Origin: Bugula neritina
Lineage: Eukaryota > Animalia > Bryozoa
Assembly: GCA_964035545.1 (NCBI GenBank)
Contig: OZ037766.1
Coordinates: forward strand, 5,942,722-6,006,721
DNA length: 64,000 nt
Direction of reading: 5' to 3'
In this document: positions 1 to 64,000 of the stretch, piece by piece
Position numbering within the stretch: position 1 is the first letter of the stretch
Layout of the letters: each line of letters begins with the position of its first letter
The notes under the pieces: model-generated
Told to the model about the DNA's origin: nothing
The model's input: the letters and a program-made list of their open reading frames with translations, nothing else
Database searches by the model: none
Program-made: the position numbers and the translations under genes

Positions 1-588
1 ATTTTCAGGTTAATGTAATTCTTCAATAATTCAATATACTGTGAGATAGCTCCTGCTTTGCAAATTGCAATATTTGTGTAGAATTTATTGGTTGAATGAT
101 CACCTTGCCATTCAGTCCATTGTATCTTAGATATTTTTATCATATTATGTCTGTGAGTTGAAACAATATTTTCATGGCTTATCATTTAATCATTGACCTG
201 TCTAGCCTAAAATCAAATTAGGATCATCCAACTAAAAGGTAATCAGCACAAGATATAATTTTTAATTTATTATACAAAGCAGTCAACTTGTATTGGTATA
301 GTGTAACTGAAGCTCAACTGCAAATCGAAGTAATGGCTGTTTTTTGTTTATCCTTTTACAATATTATTCCTTTTTACAATGAAAGAAAAGAGATTTCAAA
401 GCTAAAAAGTTATTAATAAATATAAATTTCAGAAGAAATTTTAATTAAGGCTCCAATTTTAAAAGATAGCAATTGCCAATTTACCAATTTTATGTTATTC
501 AGAATGTTTATCTATATAGCTGTTTAATATTATTTCTGCAAAATATAACTCCTGTTTCAGATTCCAAAGATTTATCCCATACTTTAAC

Positions 589-22769
<22,181 letters not shown>

Positions 22770-24006
22770 AGTCTCTCTTATGCACATCTGATGAGTAGAT
22801 TTCTTATGCAGCACTGCCATGCATGCATATAGTCATTTTGATGACAGAGTGTTTGAAACAGAAAGTAGTTTATAACTTCTACTAACAGATTATTGCATTA
22901 AAATGCAAATATTTGATCCAAATTATTATTATTTGCTATTTTCTTATAATAGCTTATCATTTTTGCATGACAAGCTAAAATATTGTATACACAGCTGTAG
23001 AGTGAGAAAATTTCTATTCTGCACACTTTATCTAGTAGTTTTTTCATTGCTTTTTTATTCAGAGCCTGTTCACATAACAAAACCTTTGCAAAAGCAGCAG
23101 CTATAATTGAAACCAACCAACGCTGGAGACTGCAATACTTATACAAAGTTTTCTTGGTAGCAAACATTTTAGGAGAATAAAAACATATGTTTTAGTGCAC
23201 TTTTTAAATTATATTTACGAAAAGTATAAAATGTGTTTTTTTGTGAGTAAGTACTTAGTTTACAAGCTTTTCAGCCAATCAAAGTGCATCAGTTCTAAAA
23301 AAATATATTTAGCCGGCTTTAAAAACATACCATATTATCGTATTTTAAGTGTCACCAGTTTTTAAAGGCAGTGGTAGCCAAAAAAGGCCATACTTTTGCA
23401 AAAGCATTTCAATGTTGATAGCCCAAATTTTTGAAGTTATGCCTAAATGAAAAGTGTTGGCTATTATATAATAACTTCATCAAACTTAAGCTGTATTTTT
23501 AGCTAGATTGTAATATTATTTTTATTAGAGAACAGTAGATAAATATTATATCAAATAAAACTATTTTATGCTGCAGTTGTATTAGTTTTTAGAAAAAAAT
23601 TCATTGTTTTTTAAATCCAAGTAAAGTTCATCTTTTTTAGACTTTCATCACTGAAGAAATATATATTATGAAAAATTTTGATTACGTGTAGAGTGTAGAC
23701 TATATAATATCATATGTAGAAATATATCATGTTTAAACTATATATATTATTATATGTATATGCGCGTCCTGGACTGTGTTCAAAATTAAAAGTTATGGCT
23801 GCCAATTCTAAATATAGCATTACAACTCACTAGTTTATTTGAAATCTGCTCAAAAACTCTTTGCAAGCTGTAGTAGATTAACAGAAATAAATACTTGGAG
23901 ATCCCCTAAACTTGTATAGAATGTTCTTTATAGTATGAAGCATATAAAGATCCATGCAAGTGCTGTTGCAAGGCCACAAGTATTTCTGAAGATATACTTG
24001 TGTATA

Positions 24007-25309
24007 GGGGTAAGGGGGGGGCACAACGGTCATAGGGGTACGAAAAGCCGGCCAAATTGTGAGAGAACTTATTGACTTAGAGTTGTGAGTTTTTTTTCAT
24101 AAAAAAATATTCACACAATTATTCAGCCTTTGTAGTTTCAACACTTGCGGAACATACGTGTTGAAAAAGCGAGTAAAAAACTGTTTTTACTTACTTTTTG
24201 TAAATTTTTTAAGATGTCGTTAAAGCTTTATAACTTTTTACACTCAAAGGCAAGAAGAACCCTATATTTTATTAACATTGTTGCCATTGCTTGTCTCTAC
24301 ATTGCTTAACTAATATAACAACAAACTCTAAAATAAATTTTCCTTGAGGCACATTTATTTTCAATTTGGCCACACGGGGCACAATGGGCCACCTGATGAT
24401 TGCACCCTGATCACTGTTATTAGTTTGTTTGCCCAAAAATTAAGTTGAAATGTTACTAAAATCTATATAGATAGAGCCATTTTTGACCTTTTTGTAAAAT
24501 ATCAAAGACATCATGGTAAGACTACAAAACTACAAGTTGAAGCTCCCCTAATATATACATCTGGTGAGGTTAAAGCTTTGCCATTTTATACATAATACAA
24601 ACCACTCTGCTGTTGCTACTTGCTACTAGTAGATAGTCATGATATTCATTATATATTACACCATTGAGGGAATATACTTGTATTTGACTAAAATAAATTG
24701 TGATTTGCTCATTTGCTCTCCCCTCTCCCTTCCGTCCTCCAGTCACAAACCTCAGCCATGCACCATAGCTACAGTTCATAGAAAAAAGTCCACTCGGAAT
24801 TTTGTAGTACATGTTACTAAAGTTTTTTTTGATAAACGTTCCTCTGAGGTGAAAATAACAGAAAATTTTTAGTTCTAAACAGTAATGATAATGGCACTGT
24901 AGAATCGAGTGACGTGCATTTGATTTTGCCTTCCTCTGCTATCCATAGTGGCACAAACTGTACAGCTAAAACATGATTTTTGCTATAGATCTGAAAGAAT
25001 ATTTTTATTTATTTGTAATATTAAATAAATAAAGATCAGATGCAACCAAATCAGCAAAGTTTCAATATATTTATTGTGTCCCACCCAGTGGCCCATTGTA
25101 CCCCGGTACCGGGGCACAATGGGCCAATTTTTTCGTCATGAAAATTTCATTATTCTAAAAGTTGTGAGAGAGATAGAAACAACAAACGGGTACCTGTAAT
25201 AGACAACAGATGCAGCATTAAGACTAGAGATTATTGAACTAGTAACTTAAAAAACAGACGAATGAAAGCAACAAATGCAAAATTCGGCCCGTTGTGCCCC
25301 CATTACCCC
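24007..25309. mobile_element. ~1.3-kb non-autonomous TIR element (probably Tc1/mariner-pogo type)
   Basis: Left end ggggtaag-gggggggcacaacgg; right end ccgttgtgccccca-ttacccc. Subterminal copies of ggggcacaatgggcca near 24376 and 25111, and an inverted copy near 25089. TSD unclear. Confidence 0.75.
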
Positions 25310-25629
25310 AACAGCTCATAGACAAAGTTGCTAAAATTGTATATATTTAGATATAATAACTAAATAAGTTAAATATAATATCGAATATTATGTTGTGATT
25401 ATAATAGTGTGAAATCAAAATACATATATATTAAATCGAATTTGTGATCAATGTAAGCAAATTATCTAATCTATAAAACTATATAAAATGCTTTAGCATA
25501 TTTTTTATAGAAAAAAATAGCAGTTGTGCAAAATAGTTCACAACCGTTTGTAAATAAAACTAAAAATTTACAAAATACGATATAAATATGTTCTATAGAA
25601 GTAATGTGGCCTTCTTCTACAAATATAGT

Positions 25630-41101
<15,472 letters not shown>

Positions 41102-44100
41102 CTGTAAACAGGACAAAACAAAGTCAAGATACTCATTTATTTATCATTTATTTAATTTTGATTTAAAACTGAACTTTTTCATTGATAGTTCCAGTACTAC
41201 TACTATAGGGGCAAACACAGTATAGGAAGTTTATCAGGGAAATAATTGACATGAATATTGATACCTTTGAAATGTCACAATATTAGCTCATATGTCCTGA
41301 TTGCATTATTTTAATTAAAGGAAGTTGATAAAAACTATAGCCAATCCATTTTCAAACTTGACTTAAAAATAGTTTAAGGTACTGGCTACTAGCTAGCTGT
41401 ATTATTTCATGAAAACCAGTGAAAGAATTAAATAGCAGTTTGCCTTTTGCATAAACTGATAGCCTGCTTTATCAATTTACATTTATGTTTTGATAAGAAT
41501 TTGCCACAGTTTTGCTGATTATAGCGCAGCTAATAATGTGGGTATCTCTCAATGTGACAAAGAATTGTAGCATATATTATATGCATGGTAGCTCACAGTA
41601 TAGCACTTTACCAGATTAATATTATTCCGTCATTGTTATACTTGTACACACAATATGTTATTAATTATATGACAAAACATGCTCCTTATCCATGCCCTGT
41701 TACTATACATGCTTGCACTCAAGTATGTATTCATGAACCTCGGTGTATTGTAGTAAAATGTTATGCAGCAGAAGCTTAAATTCTCACTGAAACAAGGTCA
41801 GCCCCTTGATGACCTATGAATCATTGGCCTGTAAAAATTGCCTCGACCTAGTTATTGACTATGGCTGCTATCTGAAAATATAATTTACCAATGCTGCTAA
41901 TTGTGCAGTTTGTGGTGTAGATGCAAAAATATGGGTTTACAAAGTTATTGTGTATTTGCCTATTAGTCTCAGCTTGAATGACTGTTTCCAAATATCTTCA
42001 TGTTTGTAACACTTGGAAATCCTGCCACAGGATTACTAAGAGAATAGATTTTACTCTGGTTGGTATTTGTATAACACACTTCAGCTACATTATTTTCACA
42101 ATTTATAATCTGCGAATTAAAACAATATATCTGAAGGGAAGTTATTATATTGTTATATGTAATCTTGATAACTTACATAACAATCACGCTTGTTATCAAG
42201 TGTATATCTATCCTAAAACAACAAGCGTGTTGCTAATCCATGTAGTGGGTTGGGTTTATGAGTGGCTCCAAGCTTATTGAATCCCTATTTATTTCTCAAA
42301 GTTGAGGTGGGAATGTAAACTATTATATGCAGGAGTGAGTAGACACTGTTCTATAAGAGCAGGTAGTAAGGCAGCCGATATTACTAAACACCAGCACATT
42401 CTACTAGGAAGGCATGTCATAACAAATAGGTAATGTTATGATTAGGTGCAGGGCGGGTCACTGAAAAAAACTACAATTAAGCAAATGGCAAGTAATATTC
42501 ATCACTGTTTAGCATAATTATACAAAGCAGTCAAATTTAACCACCTAAAATTTAGACCTATGATAAATTAGGACACCTGTAGCCTGTAGGAATACAGGAC
42601 AACTGATGAGTCTCTCTGACTCACAGACCACATGCATATCTTAGTGTAGCTGACACAGGTTTTAGTCAAAGTGGCATTTTGTGATTGTAGTAACAGAAGT
42701 TAAACAGAAGTTCTACTAGTTAGACAGAAGCACAATTGAGCTTTTCTTCGTTAATATTGCAAGTTTAGTTCCCATAACAAATTGAGGTAGGTATAGACTT
42801 GAAACTTTTAAATTTGTGCTTTGCATTATGTGAGCTTTTTTATTATGATAATTGGATCACCTTTGCAATAAAACTTAAGGCGCGTTAAATTTACAAGTAT
42901 GAGTGTGATTAAATATGATATGCCATCAAGTATTGAGACATTAAACTGAGATCTTCTTAAGAAAACCATAGAAGCATTTAGGAGGATAACTTCATGGTAT
43001 TAGTTTAATATCGGCTACGATACACCATACAGTAAGTGCAAGTTTTTGTTAGTGTTCTCCCTTGCTATCAAATTTCATGCAGCTTAATGTAACACACAGT
43101 AAGCTCAAAGCTGTCTATGAAATAGAAAGTCCCCAGTAATATGGTTAGCTGGTGTTTAACAGCCAAACCGAAGAAAATTTCACTCACTCTAACTGCAGTA
43201 CATTTGTCCCTTTCATGTTTATACTAAGCCAAAACGCTAATTTCTAATTTAATTGTATATAAAAGGCTCCTAATGCAAACAGGATAGTGTACAATCATCT
43301 GCATGCAAAGCAGCTGCTATCACGTAGCGGTAGTGTGCAAAAAATATTATAGATTTCAATACCTAATACACCACATTACATTTTTATCAGTAGGCTTACT
43401 AGTTTTATCAGTTGTTTGTCATCAAGTTGCACGCAAAGTTTGAATTGCTATCACATAATTCCAACTTCAGAAAATCTTATAAGATTAAAAAACAAAGTGT
43501 TCATACATTTTTGATCCAACTTCAAAGGTGAATGCAAAATCATGTTATTTAAAGAAGTCTATGCTCTTGCAAATATCTATAGTTCTAAAAGTGGTTGGTC
43601 TAAAACCTTATTTTTAATGGCAAATAAGATTCCTATGCATATGAAAAAAATATTATCTTAATTGTTTAAAATCAGTGGCAGTACTTGCATTGCTACAAAA
43701 AATTTAAAACATCAAAAAATAAAATTTTAAACCCACTTATCTTAAGCTTTTATTCACCATAAATTAAAGCTCTATTCAGTAATCAAAATATGAATATCAA
43801 GTGTCAGTGGTATAGTGGCTAAAGACCAAGTTTCTTTGACTTTTTAATTTTGCAATTAGTAGAATAACTATCACTATGATAATAATATGATAACCATAAT
43901 AATAAATTGATAATCGTAATATAAATGTTAATATAAATATGTGCTCAATGCTCAACACTAACAGTAACAGTGTCGCCTTATTTCTTACTCTGCCTCTATC
44001 TAACATAGCAAAAGTGCTACAATTAATATAGCATTGCTAAAGATACTTACAGCAACTACAGTTGGTGCCATGTCCGTGCTTTGTGGGTGATGTTTAATTT

Positions 44101-44689
44101 TGTTTACTAGATGCTCACTGTTGGAGCCTACAGTGCTCAGCGTGGAGATAGAGAGTAAATAAATGTCAATCAACACAGCACTGTTCGCTTGCAGATAGGA
44201 GAACCGATCTATAGCATTATGAACTGAAGTGTCCAATCACAACTTACAATGGATCAGTACGAACAGTTGATTCGCTGCTTTTTGAAAGCTCCGCCGTCTG
44301 CTATTATAAATATTGATAGAAGCAGCACAGAGTTAGTGCTAAGTGCAGTATGTATAGACAAATTTGTCGGAAAGTCGAGCCATAAAGCCACAACCTCAGA
44401 ACTAACGCGCTCAAAAACCACCAGCTCAGGGCTGTTTGTAGCGATTTCTTGCCATAGCGCCATAGTGCTGCAAACGACATGCACGCTCAGCCATGTTTTG
44501 TCATCAACTATTGAATTGGATATTCGTATTGAATTACTATTAGTATTACTATTAGTCAATTGCTGATATTCATTTTCAGATGCATATTGATGCTCATCAA
44601 CTTGAAGTATCATCGTCTATAGGCATAGTGATAGTCTAAATCTGACTGTCGGAGTGATTTTCACTATCAACTTCGAGTATCATAATCAA

Positions 44690-45450
44690 TCGTAATTATA
44701 ATGATAATCAACAAATGCAATCATAGTAAAACTAAAAGTAACTAATACTATTACTATTAGTAAGTTATTAGAATTAGTGAACTAGTAGTTTTGGTAATAC
44801 TAAAACTATATTAGTATTAGTATTACATTTTGATTTACTTTTAGCTTTACTGTAACATTAATGATTAAATTGAATCATTAATGATTAATTATAAATAATT
44901 ATTAATATACTGTTAGTATTATTACTCATACTCATAGTCATTAAATTTACTAATAGCAATACATTATGTCTAACACTTGCAGTAAACTTAATACTAATAG
45001 TAATAGTAATACTTATGGTTATACTAATAGTAATACTAATACTAATAGTTATACTTCTAGTTATACTAATAATAATATAGTAATAGTAAATGTAGTACCT
45101 GTACTCATTCAATAACTATAAGTATACAAGCAAGTTAATAAAAGTAATAATTATCTTTCACAGTCCTAATAATATTAATTAATAGTGATAGTAATACTAA
45201 TAGTTAGAGTGACTAATACTAATAGTATTAGTTATGGTGATAATAAATATAATTATTCTTGAAATTGAGCTTCATTACTGTGATTTTGGTTACCATAGAC
45301 CATCACCATAATGATCATGATGATTTAGATTACAAATAACTATCACTATGACTATCAGTATCACTGACATTAATTTACAGTTACTTGTATTTGTAGTCTT
45401 GTACTTAGTATTATACAGTGATAGATGTACTTATTCATATTTATTATTAA
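44690..45450. repeat. Degenerate AT-rich low-complexity tract (agtaat/actaat-type motifs)
   Basis: Repeated tagtaa/tactaa hexamers. Confidence 0.6.
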
Positions 45451-46034
45451 TGATGTGTCATCGTGAGATTTTTTTCAGCAAATGCTAATTGTAAATTTCA
45501 ATATAATAACTTTGAAAAATATTATAAGCTTATAGAAACAAAAGCTAATGGTAATTCAAGTTAATTTGTATTTTTATATGACATTATAATTCTGCAAGTG
45601 TACTGTATAGGTAGTAATGATATGATTACTACTATGACTATAATGTTAATAGTTGATGCTTATGGCTATATATTAAATTAAAAATAAATTATAATTGAAT
45701 GTTGCTATAATATATATTAATATTAACATACCGAGTATGCAACTATTTTGGTTTTTGACCGTGAATAAAACTTTAGCAATATCTATGTAAAAAAGATTAC
45801 ATCAAGTTCTGAATGTTATATGTTCTACACTATAATCAGCATAATATACCTGCTTCTTCATTTGCATTTCTTTTTAGAATATGCCATACATAGTAATAAA
45901 TTATAATACATAATATGCCATTTATACATACATAAATTAATAATATTGTAACACTTATCTCATTTTTTACTGTATTTTTCATTATTTCAAGTTTTGCCAG
46001 TATTTTATGTAAAAGTATTTTTTAGCCCTCAAAT

Positions 46035-46861
46035 ATGAATCAGATAAATAGTGACCGTAGAGATCATTCATATAATGTTACACAATCGGTAAGTTTGTTT
46101 TAATTATTCAATACATGCATAGTAAAATCTTTTATTCAGCTTTATGCATAAACCATGAGTTGTTTGTTCTCAATTATTCATATTTTTAAATATATCAAAT
46201 TTAAAACAGCCAAAATCTTGTGGTCACTTGTGAAACTAATATTTTCATTAAAAGCTGTTTCAAAAAGTTAGCTGTCTATCAAAAATTGGTACATTGAGCG
46301 TTGCAGGTAGGAACAAAAGTTTTCAGCTTTCCTAACAATTTTTTTTGCATTATCTTGTAATTTAGTTGGAGAGGTTTCTAAAAATAATACTTTATATTAT
46401 ATTACCTTTCTGTACTAAATAACTTCTCCCTTACCCCACACTGGAACCTTGGATATTCTGAAATATTTCCAAATGCACTTGAATTATTATTCTAGACGCT
46501 TCTTTTGACTGCTGGGTATATATAATCTGTTGAAAACACAAGCATACAATAATATGATTTATTTTTTATCCAGGCACTTGAGCAATCTTCAGAACCAAAT
46601 AATGAAATGTACATTCTTTCAATTTTGGCATCTTTGTTTTGCTGTGTTCCGTGTGGACTGATTGGACTGATGCATGTGATGGCCGCTAGGATAGATTACT
46701 CCAGAGGAAGTTACTCTCTGTCCCAGAAAAAGAACCGACAAGCTAAGTGCTGGACAGGGTGGGCCTGTGGGTTGGGCCTTCTCTCCATCATTATTACCAT
46801 TTCTATAACAGCTACAACGGCAGTCAAGTTGGCCAGAACAGCTAACCTGCCCTATTATTAA
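46035..46861 (+). CDS. CD225/dispanin (IFITM/PRRT-like) small membrane protein, two coding exons, ~113 aa
   Basis: Exon 1 46035-46088 (ATG..TCG|gtaagt); exon 2 46574-46861, in frame. ILSILASLFCCVPCGLIGL..RG..AK plus a C-terminal hydrophobic helix fits the CD225 pattern. Confidence 0.8.
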
Positions 46862-47476
46862 ACATTTAATATTAGAATACTTCTCTTACAAATGCCTCCA
46901 GAATAGCATATCAGTTCAACAGATTTTTTTTTCTCAATTGACTGCAATCAACTGCATGGTTGATATCATTTGTATACTAATATATTGGTTTTTTTAGTTA
47001 GCAGACTTCCTTTGCTGTGTAATAAATCAACATGTAGCTAACGGTATGTATATGTATGTTTCTTTTTTTGTTAAATTTTGTTTATACAATAAACTGTTCT
47101 AAGGTAATGAGATATTTTGTGATGACTACTTTTGTAAATTATAATTTACTTACAACTGGCAATTAAAATAGAAACATAATATATCTGATAGCACATCTGT
47201 AGTTGTATTATTAATAATATTGAATTTGGTCAAAAGGAATAGTCCACACCGAGCCTTTCTTTCAGATGGCAGTTGATAAAGAATTCATTTATTTCGTCTC
47301 AATTTTATATTTAAAATTATATTAATCGATTATTACAATGATACCAAGCAGTGATATAAAATGTATACAGTAAATATACCATGTAACAAACTTCTATAAA
47401 AAGCTTTAACAATTTTATCAAAACGCTTGACATAAGTTTTAAAAATAAACACAATATCTTGTACAAAAAATGGTTA

Positions 47477-60852
<13,376 letters not shown>

Positions 60853-61202
60853 GCCTTATATTCGTGAATAAATTAAGCTGGTGTTATCTTAGACCACCCT
60901 GGCCTAGGTTATTGACAAGGTTGTATATGAATGCAGCTATAATCAAATGACAAATTATAAATTAAGATAATATGTAAAGTTACTCCTGTTGCTAATGATA
61001 CCTTGCTACAGTCTAATCAACTGCTACCCATCACACCACAATGTGCTGCAAGCACTCATTCGAAAGTGTAAAAATAAATATTTCAGGAAACAAAAAGTGA
61101 CAGCTTAACCAATTAGAATGAGTTATGCAACAATATACTTCCGACAATGTAACAGAGTGAAGCATGTAGATGTATATCTAGTGCATCTAGTGACAGCAGA
61201 GA

Positions 61203-61397
61203 GAAGCTGTGGTATAGGGGTTAGAGCTTTGGCTTAGAGGCTTAGTAAACACGGGGTCATGGGTTTTAGTTCCAGTAAATGCCATTGTTGATGTTAGGAA
61301 GAGCATCCAGTCATAATTGCTCCTGTGCCCATATAAAGAACCCTGTCCATCAGGTATTCTCACAGGGATAGTGACTATAAAAGTGCATGATTTTTTT
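61203..61397 (+). mobile_element. Second, more decayed copy of the tRNA-derived SINE
   Basis: Shares gccattg..atgttaggaagagcatccagtcataattgctc..ctcacagggata..actataaa..tgcatga-T run with 50053-50258. Confidence 0.72.
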
Positions 61398-61690
61398 AGT
61401 GACAGTGTCTAGTTCTAAATAACTGAATAATACTTTCATTAAATGGCAACATTTGTGCAAATTCAAGTTCCAAAAGGTGAATGCCAAAATAATTTAAGAT
61501 GTTCATGAGCCATACATGTTTGCAAGATTTTAGTTGACACTTTTACTTCAGGAAGGTTATTTATCAGTGTCCTAATAGCTCAACTTTCATTATTAATCTT
61601 TCAAAAGATTGAATTATCTAATCTTATACAAAATTAGAACATATTTTTTCTAATATACTGGTAGAAACAAAATTTGAAATAGGTAAGTTG

Positions 61691-61731
61691 GTGAGTGAGT
61701 GAGTGAGTGAGTGAGTGAGTGAGTGAGTGAG
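61691..61731. repeat. (GAGT)n microsatellite
   Basis: Direct reading. Confidence 0.85.
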
Positions 61732-62310
61732 AAATTTAGTAATTGAGAAAGTAAGTAAATGGTTAAGTGAATGGGGAAGTGAATGGGTAAGTGAATGAGT
61801 AAGTGGATGATTAAACAGGTGGCCAGAGCAAACCTTCTCACTAAATTTTGACTGGCTGAGCCAGCAGCAAAAACATTAGTTGAAGAGATTTACATAAGTC
61901 TCTGCAATGTTAGCCGAAAAAAACTGTTTATTACCAGCTTTTGCTTTTAGCATATAGTAAAATAATGTATAGCCTATGTAGCAAAATAGTAATAAAAATA
62001 GAATTTTAGTACTTGCAAACTACTGCAAAAATACATACAAGTCTCAATACATGTAGTCAATAAAACATCAGAGAATTGCTGATGCTTCAGTTGATTAAAA
62101 ATTGAACAACTTTAATCTAACAATCTTGCTATTATTAACAGTAGCAAAAACACATGCAGTAAAAACGCTACTCTGCATCAAAAGATATTCACAAAGTGTT
62201 ACATAATAATGTTTGTGAAGTATGCTCCAATCCCAATATTTTCAGAGTCTTCACTCTACAAGACTGTGTAGTTGCAATCACTACCCAACTATTGCATCAT
62301 TATGACATCA

Positions 62311-63451
62311 TCAAAGTTGAGACAACTCCCCTTCGCCAGCTTCTTCTAACCTAGTACTAGAGTTCATATTACCGTTGAGTTGTTCAGGAACTACTTTTCG
62401 GCGATGGCTTAGAAAATTTGGACACACTGGCAGATAGCTTGTCCACTTGGCCCTAAATCAAGTAACAATACATTACACGCTGCAAAGTGCAACATTATAA
62501 GATAAGTCTGCAGATGAAGTACAGGGTGCAAGAATTGATCACATTTATTTACAATTATTGTTTTAGCACTTTGATTTATAATATTTTTGATACAATCTAA
62601 AAGCTAAAACCTAAAAAGCTTCATTATTTTAAGTATACTGTGAATACAATTATATAGGCTATAGTCCATTACCGTGTTCCCATTTCACAGAGCACATAAC
62701 TCTAAGATAATAAAATAAACTTAGAGCTTTTTTTATTTAATTTAAATTAAATTTAAATTACTAAGAATACAGATAGTAAACTATTTAGACCAGGAAGAGA
62801 GAAAGAGTTATATCATGCCATGGTTGTTTGAATATTAGTAATATTGAATTATATTATAATTATATCGAAAAACTATGTGCCATTAATTGCCCTGAAAAAC
62901 ACATATTATAATATAGTCTTCAAGTTTATAAAAAAAATATTTCACCATCAATTATTTATAGTTTTCGTTGTTCAAAGTAATACTTGTAGACACTTGATGA
63001 AATTTAACTAGCAACCTGTCCTAAATCATTTCATTAAAAGCTACAAACTACACTCTTCTTACTTGTATATGGCTTCGTTTCCAAAGGGGAAGTCATAAGA
63101 TACAAAATTTTCTCTTATTTCTTGTGCAGAACTAACTTTGGTATCAATAACCCACGCGTTCATACCTCGTTCTTCAGCAGTTCCTGTTAGAATAGACATA
63201 TTCTTTGAGGTAATTGAAAACAGCATGCATGTGAAATTTTCACCAAGTGATACCTTTTTTGCTTTCAGTTAATGACAAAGGTTATGCTTTATTTTAATAT
63301 ATTTGTTTATTTATTTATTTTTCAACTAACTTCTATGCATGCAAATTGTTCTTACCAGGAATTGTGTTATCCATGAAAAAGGCAGCTGCTCCACCAACCA
63401 GCATGCCTGTGCTCAAAAGCACGTAAAATATTTCATCAATTATCGGCTCTC
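62311..63451 (-). CDS. SLC23A-like: SLC23/NAT transporter, paralogue C, last three coding exons (5' part lies beyond the window)
   Basis: Exons about 63451-63356 (EPIIDEIFYVLLSTGMLVGGAAAFFMDNTIP), 63183-63063 (TAEERGMNAW..YDFPFG), 62452-62311 (KWTSYLPVCPNF..SQL stop). Confidence 0.88.
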
Positions 63452-63591
63452 CTATAACAATGCATAATAATATGCTTGTATTACTTATTATTCATTAGCG
63501 GAAAATGTGCACTGCACTCATATTATGTATATCTTAATAGCTTTTGGATAAAATCTGCATGAGTAGCAACAGTACTAAATTGTTTAGTTAC

Positions 63592-63768
63592 TTCTCCACT
63601 CACTATATCACACTATATGCTAGTAACTCTCTACTCACTACACTATATACTAGTAACTCTCTACTCACTATATCACACTATATGCTAGTAACTCTCTACT
63701 CACTACACTATATACTAGTAACTCTTTACTCTCTATATCACACTATATGCTAGTAATTCTCTACTCTA
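63592..63768. repeat. Minisatellite, ~30-32-bp unit, 5-6 copies
   Basis: Unit approximately ctctactcacta(tat)cacactatatRctagtaact. Confidence 0.85.
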
Positions 63769-64000
63769 GTAGCTCCTAACTCACTTACTACATCACAAAG
63801 TTTTGTGACACAACTGACAGAAGGAGACGAACCAGCTGCCAGCATATTATTATCCTAAGATATTTGCATTATTCAGATATTGCTTGGTTAGTAAACTCAC
63901 TGAAATCATGACCCTTGTGACATAATGGCATGAACAGGTCATATGATGTGTGATGTATCAGAGGTGCTGAGTAATAAATAATGTATCTGAATACACATAA

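Overview
AT-rich, intron-rich eukaryotic DNA, most likely from an invertebrate animal. From left to right: (1) A multi-exon + strand gene (589..22769) encoding a RING-HC finger followed by SH3-like 'GDxVR' repeats. One intron holds a nest of Penelope-like (Naiad-type) retroelement sequence inside (TA)n, with four minimal hammerhead ribozymes. Another intron holds a MITE. A third holds a very young, GC-rich, full-length Ty3/Gypsy element (13797..21784; LTRs identical by eye, ATAA TSD, tRNA-Leu PBS, TTTAAAC frameshift). (2) A tandem - strand cluster of three SLC23/NAT nucleobase-ascorbate transporter paralogues, with a small CD225/dispanin gene between two of them, plus MITEs, a 3.6-kb foldback element, SINEs, palindromes and very long microsatellites. 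The best novelty candidate is the Gypsy element. In the env position it carries a regulator-like ORF (acidic/LxxLL region, two C2H2 zinc fingers, Arg-rich segment, leucine zipper). Its LTR U3 carries a multi-hairpin array of 8-bp CCG repeats just upstream of the TATA box. Together these suggest a self-encoded trans-regulator and cis-element pair like those of complex retroviruses. That pairing is inference and untested. Exon coordinates were read by eye and are approximate.
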